A stretch of 64,000 nucleotides of DNA from Glaucostegus cemiculus (Eukaryota), in assembly GCA_976551045.1 (NCBI GenBank), contig CDPCPM010000335.1, forward strand, positions 1,364,001 through 1,428,000. Reading direction: 5' to 3'. Each line of letters opens with the position of its first letter. Positions within the stretch are counted from its first letter, which is position 1. Shown one piece after another: positions 47,375-60,897 of the stretch. The translations under genes and the position numbers were made by a program. The notes below the pieces were generated by a model. The model saw only the letters and a program-made list of their open reading frames with translations, did not search any database and was not told the DNA's origin.

Positions 47375-48365
47375 TCTGGAATAAGAGCACAAGAATTAGG
47401 AAAAACAGAGGCTATTTGTCCCGTTCTGCCATTTAATAAATTCATGGCTGAACAAACTTTCCTCATGTCCACTTTCCCGGCCTCTCCCTATAACCCTGGA
47501 TTCCTTTACTGATGACAGATCTATCTGGGTCAGCTTTGATCACTTTCAAGAATTCATCCTCCACAGTTTTCTGGGATAAGGAACTCCAAAGACTTACTTG
47601 AGAGAAACAATTCTTCCTCATCTCTGCCTCAAAAGTGTACTAGTTCATTTTGAGCCACTGCATTCTGGTCCTAGACTCTCCCTGGAGTGGAAGTATTCTA
47701 TCAGTATTTACCCTGCCAAGTCCCCGAAGAATCTTTTATCTTTCAAGATTACCTCTCATTTTTCTAAACTCCAATGAGTACAGACCCGGCCTGTTCAACT
47801 TTTCCACATAAGACAATGTCTTCATCCCTGGAATCATCCAAGTGAACCTTCTCTTACCTCCAATGATACTACATCTTTCCTTAAATAGAGACCAAACCTG
47901 TTCACAGTACCTCACTAGTGTCGTATACCATTGTTATAAGACACCCCTCCTTTTGTACTCTGACACCCTTGAATTTAATGTCAGCATTCCATTAGCCTTC
48001 CTAATTACCTGCTGCATTGGTATGCCAGCTTTCTGTGTTTCACGCACAAAGATCCCCAAATCGTTTATGCTGCAGCTTTCTATAAGAATTCTCCATTTAA
48101 ATAATTGAGGTTGTGCCCAGGTTATGGCAGGGTACCGTTCCTGGGAAATGTTAATAATCCAGACAGTTCACAAGTCAGAAGTGCTGCTGTGAACTGAGTT
48201 CCCACACAGTGGAAGATGCCTGGAGCTCTGCTATCAAACACTCATTTTTATGCATGGGCTGTACATAAGCCAGGTGTTTGAAAGCTGGGGTGATCCGGTA
48301 ATCTGTTTTATCATTCTTCCTCTAATGTGAATAATTTCACATTTTTCCCACATGAAACGCCATCC
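47375..48365 (-). mobile_element. CR1 LINE 3' fragment interrupted by a MITE at 48105-48300
   Basis: Tail GCACAAGAATTAGGA..CTGCCATTTAATAAATTCATGGCTGA; body TTTCTAAACTCCAATGAGTACAG, ATTCCATTAGCCTTCCTAATTACCTGCTG, resuming at TTCACATTTTTCCCACAT. Confidence 0.85.
48105..48300. mobile_element. Tigger/pogo-like MITE
   Basis: GGTTGTGCCCAGGTTATGGCAGGGTACCGTTCCTG...GCTGGGGTGATCCGGTA; same family as 5560-5730. Confidence 0.55.
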
Positions 48366-48689
48366 TCCTTTCAAATCAGCAGAACACTGTCTTAGACGGA
48401 AAAAAGTAGACCAAACAGATGAGGACCCTGGAATGTACGTGGGAGAAGTTTACATGTTCTGAGAAGCCTGGCACTCCCGACGGTGCAATGCATGTGGTCC
48501 AGCACTCTCTGCCAAAAATGCTGGGTGCCAAACTGCAGCTCATTTACTGTCAGGCTTACCACAACTGTAATTCTCTACTCCACACCCATATTTGATCGGT
48601 GCACACAACTGACATCTGAAGTTCTAGTTTCACACACACTTTCTATGAATACCACTGGTCACCAACTGACTCAGAGTGGCTGCAACACA

Positions 48690-49025
48690 GAATAGTACAG
48701 CACAGGAATGAACCCTTCAACCCATCAAGTCTGTGCTGACCATGATGCCAAATTAAACTAATTCTATCAACCTGCACATGGACCACATCCTGCCATTCTC
48801 TGCCTGTTTATGTGCACGTCTAAATACCTCTTAAACAAACTGTCATATCTGCCTCTACCACCTCCCCTGGCAGCACGTTCCAGGCGCTTACCACAATTTG
48901 CGTAAGAAACTTGCCTCAAAAATCTCCTTTAAAAACTTTCCTCCTCACATCTTAAACCTATGCCATCTAGTATTTTGACATTTCCATCCTGGAAAAAAGA
49001 CTCTGGCTACTACCCCTTCTACGCT
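48690..49025 (-). mobile_element. CR1 LINE 3' end
   Basis: AGTACAGCACAGGAATG..CCCTTCAACCCATC..TCTGTGCTGACC..CTACCACCTCCCCTGGCAGCACGTTCCAGGC. Confidence 0.85.
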
Positions 49026-50108
49026 TTACCTCCCCTATTAACAGCAGGAATGAGTAACCTTTGCAAAGTGTAGTGAAGTTGTTTCATTCTGTCCAATGGT
49101 TAGAGACGAAGTCTTGGCCGTGTTTCTTAGTGAAATGGAGCAGTATGGAATCATAGTGCAGCACAGAATGAGCTCAGAGCTTGTTCCTCTGATTCTGAGA
49201 TCCTCCTACCCCTCTGGTGAAACTGCTTCCTAGTACAAGTCTCCAGAAAATCAATTTCCATGAATCAAAGAACGTCAGGCTAAAGTTGTACACCTTTCTT
49301 CAGACCACACTTGGAGTTCTGTGATCAGCAATGGTCACTTAGAGCCATCGAGTTACTGGAATGGTGCAGAGAGAAGATGCTCCTCGGTTAGAAACTTGAA
49401 CTTCAGCCTTTCATTAAGGAGTTCATGGAAAACTGAATAGGTGTACATGCGGTAGTAAATGACATAGGTAGGTTAAATCTGGAACACATCCAGATGGCTA
49501 AAGGGGCTGAATATAACAACAGTGAAAGATCATAGCACACCAGGAGTGACCAATACTTAAGAAGACAGGGGTATGGAAATCAAAGCTCTAAGTTCATTCA
49601 ATAAGATATTATGGAGTGAGTGAGTGAGTGTGAAGAGGGGAGTAATGGATCAATAATATCTTCTGACTGAGTTGAGATGGGCCTGAACAGCTTATTTCAT
49701 CTTTTGGTTCTGCAAATCTAGAACAAGGACCACAGATGCTCCTGTGTGACAGACTTAAGCAAAGTGTAGTGATTTTACAATTATGGAACAATTAACCTCC
49801 TTTCATCTGTCAACTTGATGATCTAAATGAGCTCAATTAACACAACTATTATTTAACTTTAGGGTTCTGAATGGATAGGCCAGCCAATGATGCTTTCAGA
49901 CATCATAACAATTTTCACAAAATATGAATTAATATCTAAAGAGTTTTTATTTCATATATGCAAAGCACATTAATGCTATTGTTAGTGTTCCTAGGATTGC
50001 AAATTACATAATTCCTTTGGTCATGGTGAAGAATGTCTGTACAGTGAAGATTTACATATCTAGACAGTTTGGAAGGCTTCAAACAACATTCCTTTTCTGA
50101 GAACTTAC

Positions 50109-50234
50109 TGATAAAATTGTAGTTCTGGTCAGTACCGTGTCATCTGGATGTTGTTTCTTTCCAGTAAATATGTCCTTTAGAGCTTTTCGAACTTCTTTGT
50201 TGAAGATACAGTGGCAGAAGAAAATGAAGAGCCC
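50109..50234 (-). CDS. CELSR1: CELSR1 exon (TM7/H8): GLFIFFCHCIFNKEVRKALKDIFTGKKQHPDDTVLTRTTILS
   Basis: TTTTAG acceptor, GTAAGT donor; 126 nt. Confidence 0.96.
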
Positions 50235-51514
50235 CTAAAATCACACGGACCAAATTTCAATGACTAAAAAAAAAATGTTGTCGAATCATTCCCAATTAAA
50301 TCCTTCTACATAGTGCATGTAGTCCACATAGCAGCAGGATCCCGGTCAGTAATCTCAGTATTTTTACCATAGGAAGCGCTTAACTGGCCTTTTGCTGCTG
50401 TTAGGGTTCCTGATCTTAGTTTTATCCATTCACCTGCCACCCACCATCTGCTCCTTACTGGCCATAAAGGATTGTGTTTCCTGCTACGGCCCAGTATTCA
50501 CCAGCACTCTCTCTGTGGGCTTGAGCATGAAGAATGAAGTCAGTCAAGAAAATGTTGATGTCTGCTTGAAGATCTGCTAGTTGTCTTATTAAGGGACATC
50601 TCATATACTCAAGCGCAAGAGGACCTTTTAAGGGACTCCTGCAGATTTTTTTTTAAAGTAACCCACAGTAATATGACCACTATTTTAAATATTTCACTGT
50701 GAAAGTATAGTTTGTGAAATGAAAAAATTAATAAAGTAATGCTTGTGCATTATTACATGACAGGAGAATTTCAGCTTTAAAAAGCACATCAAGATATTAA
50801 TTAAACTGCTGAAAATGATAACAAATATTAGCTCAAAAAATAATAGCTATTTTTCATTCTGTACTTATTAAATTTAAAAACTGTCATTAGGTTTGCCTAA
50901 CACAAATGAAGAATTGCACATATAACAGAACATTTAAACAAGTTCTCTATTGTTCTTGTGCAATGCAAGTGGTCAAATTATTGCCTGCATATCAAAGCAC
51001 AATGAGACTAAGCTGATATCACATACAAATTCACATTAACATTTCAACATAACCTTTGTACTCATGTGAATGATGACAATGACTAGTTCCTTATCAAGTA
51101 TCAAATTTGAACATAGTTTAAAGAAGTATTTGCAATGCACTTGAACAGAAGGTTTTAAAGTTAATAACATGTAAACCCACAATAATGTGCAATCTGGATT
51201 CAATCTACAAAAACATGAATTTGTCCAGTTCTGATTATCAAGCCACTTTTTGGTTAAAATGATTTACTACAATACTGCATCACATTTGCCTTTTAAGCAA
51301 ATATTTCTTAAAATGTTTTGTTTTGAACAATGCATACCAATGTAAATGGTCTTTTATGTGAAGACTAATGTGTCTGATAGAGATGAATGAAAAGGGGTGT
51401 TTCAGTGGCTTAAGTTCACCTCAGCCAAGGAAATTCAGGATAGTCACAATGAGGTGAGCTGAACAAGATTCTTGTAGTTCAATCATTGGAAGGAGACCTA
51501 GTTATTCTTTTTTT

Positions 51515-51756
51515 TTAAATGTTAACTTTTATTTACAGCGTGGTAACAGGCCCTATTGGCCCAATGAGTCCGCATTTTAAACCCCCAAACTAACCTACCC
51601 GTACGTCTTTTAGAATGTGGGAGGAAACCGGAGCACCCGGAGGAAACCCACGCAGACACAGGGAGAACGTACAAACTGCTTACAGACAGCGACGGGAATC
51701 GAACCCCGATCGCTGGCGCTGTAACAGCATTGCACTAACCGCTACGCTATCGTATC
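51515..51756 (-). mobile_element. young V-SINE (HE1-like) with intact Pol III boxes
   Basis: Minus strand: A box TAGCGTAGCGG, B box GGTTCGATTCC, V-domain GTACGTTCTCCCTGTGTCTGCGTGGGTTTCCTCCGGGTGCTCCGGTTTCCTCCCACA, A-rich tail; CpGs retained. Confidence 0.92.
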
Positions 51757-51990
51757 ATATCTAGTGGGTGCAGGAAGTATCTTTACTATAAAAGACTGTT
51801 GACTGTTTACTAACTGTTGAAATACAGCAGCTTGCGCACATACGAACACACTGGACCAATGTGACAGAATACCAAATTTTTCTTGCAAGTAGTCTACTTT
51901 GTTATAAATTACATGAAAGAAACTAAGACATGCAGTATTTCTACCCTCCAATGAAGTGATGTCCTGTCACAGCAGCAGGTTTAATCTTAC

Positions 51991-52117
51991 CTGTAAACAG
52001 CTGAAAATAGCAAATAGATAATGGAAGGTCATAGTGTCATTATTCACTGCCATCAGCCCCAGCAACCAAGTCGCACTGATGAGAAGTAGCAGAAGGAAGG
52101 CTGTCCTCAGACCAGAT
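51991..52117 (-). CDS. CELSR1: CELSR1 exon (TM6-7): (I)SGLRTAFLLLLLISATWLLGLMAVNNDTMTFHYLFAIFSCLQ
   Basis: CTCTTAG acceptor, GTAAGA donor; 127 nt. Confidence 0.96.
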
Positions 52118-53634
52118 CTAAGAGAAAACGCTCATGTCAGATTGAACAATTAGGCACAGCAAGGGAAATGCTGGAAACTCATTAACCTGGTCTCGTTTTG
52201 TTTTAACTATGTTCCTTGACCACTATTATTAGAACACAGTAAAATGAAATTCTAAGAATCCTTCTCACTGAATGATTTCCCTAACAGCTGCAGCTGAATT
52301 ATCCATTTCCTTTTGACAGCTGTACCATCTGCAGTGCTAAGTTTTCACTCTTTAAAAGGTTTCTATTGTTCTTCTGAAAATTTATGACCTTTATTTACGA
52401 AACCTCTAAATCAAATCCTACGACACATAACTTCCCTTCTGCTGAAATCACTTTTCTTAGTGCTTTCAATTTTCACTCTCAGTGATGCCTTTGCTTGTTT
52501 TCCATTAATGCTGAACCTGAAAAGTAACAATGCTAACCCAAGTAACGGGAACTTGAAAGACTCATCAATCACCTCACACATAGCCCTGAAGATCCTGCTG
52601 ATTCTTAGGTCATAATGACAGATTCATGCTAATTCTTAAACTGTATTTGCCTACTTGCCATCGCCTTTTCTGGACACGGTTCCTCAACTATCCTTTGCAG
52701 CAAGCTGCTGTGTCCAGCATTATAAAACCAGTTACACGCCAATGCGGCATCTGTGATAAGCAATGATTTTGTAAAACCAGTGGTAGGTCTGACATGATTG
52801 AAAAACAAAGCAGTGAAAGATTCTCTCTTCCACAGAACGTAAATTCAACCAAAGTTAACCAACTGACAGTGACCTCAAGAATTCCTGGGTCTGTTGAGCT
52901 CACTTACTGTCTTTCACATTTTGTAGGAAGTTCTCCACTGTTCACTTATTTTGTATTCACGTCAACCTATTTTGATTAACTCAACAACAGGAAGAAACAT
53001 GCCTTCCTTCCTCTCCCATTTCCAGTTTATTAATTAGAGAAACTCTGTGCTTGGCAGTGCATCAGGATAGTGTCCACTTATTGATGGGATCTGGGTTCAG
53101 ATCTAAGCCTGATTGATAACACAGGAGTTTCTTCTCTTCCTTACTTCTGAAGTACTTCTGTGTCATTTTGCCTCTGCCAGCCACAGTTGCTTATTGGAAC
53201 AAAGCAAATTAATGCTTTAAACTTGAACACTGACATTGAAAGGCAAAACCAAAATACAAATCACTTGTTTTCCAACATAAATCTCTTTTACTGCAAAGTG
53301 GCCTCAGTATTAATATTACGTTTTGCTTCCAAATTAGGGAGGCACTCTTTGATGTACTTCTCCCTTGTTCCAGCAGCATCTCTTTATAACTCCCTATAAC
53401 AGCAATGTAAATATCCATACATCTCAGGCACTCTCTTTTCTCACTGCGACATTTACCCTATGGCAGTCCGTGCTTAATTCTGGACAGTTTTCCGTTCTCC
53501 ACCTTCCACTAATAATGCTGTTTCAGTGTTGCTCTTCCAGGCAAATGCCTTCTTGATATTTTCACTTCTGAAAGTAGTTTGTGGTGATATTTACCATAAA
53601 AATAAAGTTATTGTAATATTAGAATATAACTCAC

Positions 53635-53714
53635 ATGATTCCGGTCTTTTCAAAGGACCTCTGCCTGGGTCCACAGGATGCTTTAGCAGCAAGTATGAAG
53701 ATAATGATATTTAT
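53635..53714 (-). CDS. CELSR1: CELSR1 exon (TM5/ICL3): INIIIFILAAKASCGPRQRSFEKTGI(I)
   Basis: CCTCAG acceptor, GTGAGT donor; 80 nt, phase 0 to 2. Confidence 0.94.
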
Positions 53715-54464
53715 CTGAGGTAATAGAAATTTAAAATATATTAGATTCTACTCAAAAGAGAAAACCAGTTGTGTAGAATGCTAAGCCAGAACTAAATCCA
53801 GGAAAGTAAGCACATGGTGGGAGGGGTGTGGAATTCAAGATCGTAACAAAAAGCCAGATTGAGGATTTACAGCTCAAAGTTTACAGCAATACTTTGTTAA
53901 AATTATTAATGCTATGAACACCACAGTTCCACAATGACAGCTATAAATGAAAACAGTTTGAATTTGTTTGGAATCTTTAACATAGCGAGATCTCTCAGGC
54001 CACTTCAGGTAAACTTTCAGGGCATATGTCCAAAGAGGGAACATTTCAAAGAAGTGAAGAAGTAGCAATGGTAAGAGAGAGGGAATTCACAACACAAGGG
54101 AGGAAAAGAATTTCAGAACTTAGGACTGGAGATCAGAGCATCAGTCTAATATTTCACAAACTATAGATATTAAAGACAGGTAATGATGAAATACAACCGG
54201 GTATTGATAGCATATGTGTAGCATCTGATGTGTTTTTAAATGTTGCTAAAGGATAGTGTGTAGATCAGAGACAGGAGTGACTCAAGGATAGATAACTCTT
54301 GAGAAAAACCTGGTGTCGGTACATGAAGAAAAGCCAATGCAGGTGATTCACTGGCTTTACCAGACAGGTAAGAATGGAACCATTTACCTGCTGTCCCATT
54401 CATATTCAATGCTGAAGAGGTGTCAGAGTAGAATAGCGTAGTTAACCAGACAGGCTGATGTAGA

Positions 54465-54790
54465 GAGATCGATTATCTTTGTCACAATCAATAACCTAGA
54501 GCCTAGAACTAGAGGGCACAGATTTTTAAGTGAGAGGGATGGAATTTATACGGAGATATGGAGGGTAAGTTTTTTTGCACAGAGTGTGGTTATCTGGAGG
54601 AAGATGCTACAGGATGTGCTAGAGACAGATTCAATTACAACATTTAAAAGGCATTTGGATCGGTACTTCGATATGAGAGTTAAAGAGGGATACAGGCCTA
54701 ATGCTGGCAAATGGGAGTAGCGTAGATAGCCTTCATGTTGGCATGGACACGGTGAGCTGATAGGGTCTGTATCTGTGCTGCGATTCTATC
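54465..54790 (+). mobile_element. CR1 LINE 3' end
   Basis: AGAACTAGAGGGCACAG..TTTTTTGCACAGAGTGTGG..ACATTTAAAAGGCATTTGGATCGGTAC..GGGTCTGTATCTGTGCTG. Confidence 0.85.
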
Positions 54791-54894
54791 ACGTAGCTCT
54801 GGGAAAGAGGGCCACGCATTCAGGAGATGACAACACACTCAAGGACTTTGGAATAGAATGTGAAGATTGGGGTGGAATATCAATAAAGACTTAC

Positions 54895-55007
54895 AATGAC
54901 GACAACGCATATAGGGCCAGCAAAACTCCAAATCAGAGTGTCATCCATAGACAGCCAGCAGAAGTCAGGGTTTCCATAACCTTGTGGATCTAAGCCCATA
55001 GCCAGAC
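54895..55007 (-). CDS. CELSR1: CELSR1 exon (ECL2/TM5): (G)LAMGLDPQGYGNPDFCWLSMDDTLIWSFAGPICVVVI
   Basis: TTTAAG acceptor, GTAAGT donor; 113 nt. Confidence 0.96.
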
Positions 55008-55357
55008 CTTAAAACATAACAAAACAATATTATTTAATGCATTTAATTCTTTTAAATGTGAAAGAAACTCAAAGCATGAAGACATCACATCCACTCAAAA
55101 AGTAAGATACTGTAGAAGTTGATATCTGACTTCAGGATACCAAATGCAGTGAACACCCAACAGTTAAGCAGCCAGGCAGGATTAATTCTCCAGACTGAGT
55201 ACAGGTTGTCAGAATCCATTTGAACATAAACCCTACTTCTCATACTCCTCGTGAACACAAAAGAGCAGGTTGTGACTTTGATCGAAAGAGTGAATTTACA
55301 AATTAACAAGCTGTTTAACATTGCTTTTGATTTTTAATTCCATGGCAGTCAGTATCC

Positions 55358-55404
55358 TATTGTCTACATTACACAATTCCATATTGCCTACATTACACAA
55401 TTCC
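55358..55404. repeat. 24-bp tandem duplication (TATTG[T/C]CTACATTACACAATTCCA)x2
   Basis: Direct read. Confidence 0.75.
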
Positions 55405-55528
55405 AACAAGGTAAAATCTATCATTATGCCTGAAAGATCAATCTGTTAGAAATACTTTGAACATCTAAGCCACACGGTGGTCAGCTCACTCTATTTTTTT
55501 GCATCAAAATAATCAGGAATTGAGTTAC

Positions 55529-55703
55529 CTGTTATAATAGCAGGAATTCCCCATCCAATAGTGTAGTAAAAGCGCATGTGCCCATGGTTTACATTCCTCA
55601 TATCAGTCAGCATACGGTAAATATGGAGACCCTCCACAAACGTCCAGGCAAAGGTGCAGAGATAGAAATAATGCAGCAACAGGGCTATCACACTGCAGAC
55701 AAA
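55529..55703 (-). CDS. CELSR1: CELSR1 exon (TM3-4): FVCSVIALLLHYFYLCTFAWTFVEGLHIYRMLTDMRNVNHGHMRFYYTIGWGIPAIIT(G)
   Basis: TTGCAG acceptor, GTAACT donor; 175 nt. Confidence 0.97.
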
Positions 55704-56559
55704 CTGCAAGGGAACAGAGTCAGTGAATACAGAATGATCTCAGAATACTTCCTTGAGTGATTGTCTTGAATTGAGTGCTTGGTCTCATCAGATACTCTTC
55801 TGGCTGAATACTTGAGATTGCCAACTTAATCAGGATGAAGCAGCAATCTCCTGAGAAGACTTTAGATGAAGACCTCAACTGGCAATTCCAGTGATAAAGA
55901 TAAAAATGAAAAAATAATTTGAGAGGCATTCAGTCCTCTTATGAATTAAGCTTAAAAAATAGTACTGTATGCCTTTAGCAGCCCCTTCCATAATAAGGAA
56001 ATGTAGCAAGGATATGACTCATTGCAGCATTTATCAAAGTATTCTGTTCAGTGTGAACTCTCACAGTCACCCTTCTTCTTCAGGCAGGCCTTGTTCAGAC
56101 ACTGCTGGTGTCAAGAAAGAAACAGCCGTTTATTACAAATCTGAAAACATTACCATTCATTTAAGCCTAGAGTTTAAATGTAATTATTGTATTTTCAAAA
56201 TCTAAAAAAAATCATGAATTTTTTCTGAAGATAAATTGAGGTGTTGTAGATATTTTAATGACAAAGTTAGCAATAAAGATCCTGAGCTGCATTTCCCCAA
56301 GTATGAGGCAATGATTTTGTGAAGTACTGTCCACATTACTACTCTTAAGGGTCCACTATTTCTAAAAATCCAAACACAGAAGCCCCAACTCCCTAACAGA
56401 TGCCAGTTGCCAATATTACAAACTAGCTCTGCCATCAGGTTCCTATTGGATCCTGCATTATGCTGGGGAATTTGCCCGTGTTACTTGTGGCAGACTGAAC
56501 CAGGTGTAGAACCACAGTCTGCATTGACTTCAAGGGAAAGGAACGGCTACAAGGGACTT

Positions 56560-56795
56560 CTTTTTAAATTTATTCATTTTTTTGACATGAGCCTTAATCA
56601 TCCTTAGGTAGGGGGTGATTATCCATTACAGTCCATCTGATAATACTGTTGGGTATTTGAGGATTTACTCCCAATGAAAATGAAGGAACAATGAAATATT
56701 TGCAAGTCAGGATGGTGCGTGAATTGGAGGAAGCCACAGGTGGTGGTGCCCTCAAGTACCTGCTGCCCTTGTCCTTGGTGGTAGAGATCATAGCT
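56560..56795 (-). mobile_element. CR1-like LINE 3' fragment
   Basis: TGAAGGAACAATGAAATATTTGCAAGTCAGGATGGTG..GGTGGTGGTGCCCTC..CTGCTGCCCTTGTCCTTG..GGTAGAGATCA; same family as 15110-15430. Confidence 0.65.
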
Positions 56796-59023
56796 AAACA
56801 AAAGTTAATGAACTGACTAGTTAAACATTTTTTTTTTTAAGTATTAAGGGGTCTCTAATATTTTTGTTTTAATTTTTAAAAAGTTGATGAACTTTTCAAT
56901 AGGTTTTGAATGTCTGTATAAACGAAGAACATTCACAAAGTGTGGGGTTTTTACAGCTGGCTAAGCTAGGTGGTATGCCATCAAAGCCTTGTTCACCTCT
57001 GGTGGATGGGGCTTGGATTTACACCTGGAGATCTGTGCTGCAGTGCAGGGACTCACTGATGAGGTAAAGATCGATTCATCAAGGAAACTGCCATTGGAAA
57101 ATTTGATAAAAGTAAACGAGGGCTCTGTGGGTTGGTCAGTAGTAGACACTGGTAGCTCACTGATGGAAATAAATTCTAAGCCAAAAACTATCAATAATTT
57201 ACCTCATTTGCTAATTTACTAGAAATTTCCCTTAAGTTTTTAATTTTTGATGAAGTAATGAAGAATTGAATCAAAGCCAAATACCTGCAATTGCTTTTAT
57301 ATGCACAGCTTAATCCTCCAATGATCAACTGAGATATAGTAACTCTATAATTAGTTTATACACCAATTTAAAGAACTGCTTGTCTGAATCCTCTAAGTGT
57401 AACTTCATCAGCTGTTTCATGTAATTTTTCAGGGGTTTTGCTTTGACCGTGTTTACTGGCAATTAGTACTGGGATACTTAATTACTGTCTATATCAACCA
57501 AGGAATCAACCTGTAGAAATTTTGGGCCTCCAGATTTTGGAAAATTAGGAATGGATTCCCAACTTCGCCAGATTTTTCCCATGCTCCCTGCATACTCCCT
57601 GCTGGGACCCAATAATCAGCTAAATACATATTTAGCAAAGGCCCCAGCCATCATCCAGCAGTGCAGATTGAATCCACGAGATTACTATTGTGGGAATTAG
57701 TAATTCTTTCCTTTCTTTCAGCCTTAAAAAACTTCCAAAGGACACACAGCCAATCACCTGGCCAACACAGAACAGTAGTCAACTTCCCTGTCAAAGTTCT
57801 CAAATCTGTTCCTTCTCCTCATCCTAATTTTTATGACATACATTTTGCCTTCAATACCACTAGAGGCTGCTGTTGGGGTTTCGCTGGAATTACCACCAGC
57901 GTCAAGTGGATGGACTTCATTTCTCAACTTTAAAATGAAATGATCATTGGACATTTGGGTGGAAATGTGCAGCTGCTTTAGGAAAATCTGTTTGAAGTCC
58001 GGCTTATAGAAGTCTAGGCACTGATGTTTATTGGGAATGATGCAAATTGGGACTGATGCAAATTTCAGCTGGGGAGCAAATAAGAATTTTATATACATTT
58101 TCAAGCGTTGAAATATTCATATTGCATGACATTCACGTACAGTGAAATATAATTTTGAAAAAATATACCAACCAAGCAGGTAACAGGATTTTTCAATTTC
58201 ATTAGTAAATGAGTGTGACTTCTTGCAAATTTCTTCCCATACAATAATGAAGTAAAAATATCACATGAAGAATAATAGACAAAACCAAAGAATAACTATA
58301 AAATAACACACCGAGTAATAGGAAAAGGGAAAAAAAGGACTATTTATGATACAAGAAGCCCTTGCTGCTTTGCAATTTGTGTTGGTCAGATTCAACACAA
58401 AACAATTTCTTTAAGCATCAGTGTTGCTACCTACTACTGCGTTAAGGTTATACAGTAGTTCACTTCAGAAAAATATTTTCGTATTTCAAACTCAAGATAA
58501 TTAGTGGGATTTGAATTATAACACCATAAAATACAAGTTGTGCTACTATTATCAATCAGGTGACAGTCTGAACAGTTAGTGTAGAAACCCAAAACATTTA
58601 ATTAAAATGACAGAACCAGAATCAAATCTATTTTATGGTAGCAATTTGAATCACAACTGTGACACTGTGATCATAGTACTATAAATCATTATCTTTCCAC
58701 TAAAGATTTTACTTTAATCATAGGAAAAGGCAAATTTATTTTCTTCTGTCACTTGCAAATGGATTGACACTCCTCTTTCTCACTTAACATTGCATCTTTA
58801 GTGCTAGAAGACAGAAGAAACTTTTATCTCTTCAGCCTTGATAAATCTGAAACCTGCCCCCAGAGAAAGATAGATAGATCCATAAAAACAATATAGGTAA
58901 AATGGATCTGATGTGTGCATTGACCCAAGACAATACTTGCATTTCTGTAGTATTTCACATTTAGCCAGAATGATTTAACAATGCTGAGATACAAAACCTT
59001 AATAAACTGAAATAAGCACTTAC

Positions 59024-59224
59024 AGGATTTTCTGTCTGGTTAATTCCAATAAGGAAGACGAGTTCTGAGAAGAAGAGAGCAGCCACCAGGTTTTTGTGGA
59101 TATTATGGAGATTTGAACGTAGAGTTCTGACCAGGATGAGGAACAGGAAAGTCACAAACAAAGCAAACAAGGAGACCGAGACAGTGGTATATGTGACGAT
59201 CTTCAAAGGGAGCACCTCACCATG
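59024..59224 (-). CDS. CELSR1: CELSR1 exon (TM1-2): HGEVLPLKIVTYTTVSVSLFALFVTFLFLILVRTLRSNLHNIHKNLVAALFFSELVFLIGINQTENP
   Basis: TACCAG acceptor, GTAAGT donor; 201 nt. Confidence 0.97.
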
Positions 59225-60897
59225 CTGGTAAAGAATTGACAATAGGACAAATAAGTTTTAAGAAAAAGCATAAAGCCAACCTAGGATATTTTTGTGGAAA
59301 TTAGTCTTATACTTGAAGTTATTTAAAGTTAAATGAGATAAATGTACAGTAGCAACAAAGATGAGTGTATATATCTGCAATTTGGCTTGCATTATAAATG
59401 ATCCTTGAAATTAATTTTGTTGTTAACTTCATGTTGCTGAAGTATTATTCTTGCCAAAATACATTTTGCCCTTAGTATAATCTCAACACAAAACAGAACT
59501 TTAACTGTTTCAAATTATGGTTCTTTGAGAAGTACAAATACCAAGACCTCATTCCTGGAGCAGAGGGTGGATTTCTGTATCATCAATCTGCTTCTCACCC
59601 AGCTTGAATCTAATACATAAGCCGACATTTTGAACCAGATCACCCAGTGTTTTAGTGCCTTGATATTCTGGATTAGTTGCAATCAATAAGGTACTATTGG
59701 TACCTAATGAGTGCCCTTCCCAGCAAAACATGTGTGCACTTATACTGTCACAGGGACTTCTTTCTAGCACCTGCTTACTGAAGCAAATCTTCTCCACTTC
59801 CAGAAGCAGCTTTAAAAGGATTACTATTAATTAAAATGTAAAACTATTTCCTTTTCAACACCTCCAAAAGGCTCCATTCTAGTGAAAAATAGAATTCTGT
59901 TTTTAAAGTGTCTTTTACAATATTGGGATGCCTCAAAGGCTTTATGGCCAACAAAACACCATTAAAGGGGTAGTCAGTCACATCTTCCACTTCAAGAAAG
60001 GATCGTAATTGACTCCTCCTCACATTACTATGGCACCATGACCACTGCTGGTTGCAATGTGAATCTGATTGCAGCATGACTTTAAAGCTGCTACGTTTTG
60101 ACTTCTGCTTTCTTTTTTGCCTCATGAAACGTTTGGTGGAGTCATTTATTGTAGAGAGATAGAGACAACATATCCTTAAATCCTTTCTGCTGTAGGAATA
60201 AAAAACAGCTGAGAAGTTAAAGGAAGTTTAGGAAACAGTGTACCAAGGCTATATGGATCAATCCGTAAATGGAGAGCAGTGTACAGAAACTCCCAAAAGC
60301 AAGTGCTAATAGCATTCCCAAGTGTAGGTGCAGCTCAGTAACCTAGTTGTTGCTATGCTGCCTTAAGATTCCACCCCCACCCACCCCAAATTGTAAACGT
60401 GGGAACAATGGATCCTCATTACTCTTCCTTTGTCATTTATGAATTCTGTCTCACAGGCATTCCTTTTGCTTCAAGGCAAAGGGCTGCTGGATTGAAACTG
60501 AAATAAACTAAAGAGCACAAAATAATAGTAAGATCTACAACCCTGGTGAATCTACTAAATTACTCCCATTTTGAGCAGTTAAGACCAGTTGGAGACTTAT
60601 TTACATAACCGCACCTTCTCAATTTCTACTAAATGCTGGAGCTTTGTTGAGGCATGAATATCAATAAAACCGTATTAAAATATTAGTTTAAAAAGACAAG
60701 GTTGCTGCAGGCTATATTTTTAAGCTTGTTCAGGTACTGCAAACTGTTTTTAAAATTGGAAATTGAGACAAAAAAGGAAGCATGTCTCTGCCTGAGTTGA
60801 ATATGTGGAAAATGTGTTTAATAAACTGGAAAATGTGTGCCGTACTGCCTAGAGCACAATGAAAGCATTTTGGGTGTAGTCACGTGATCTGTCTTAC

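Noticed and set aside
51680-51756. tRNA-like sequence with A and B boxes
   Set aside because: It is the head of a V-SINE and runs into the V-domain; no complete cloverleaf
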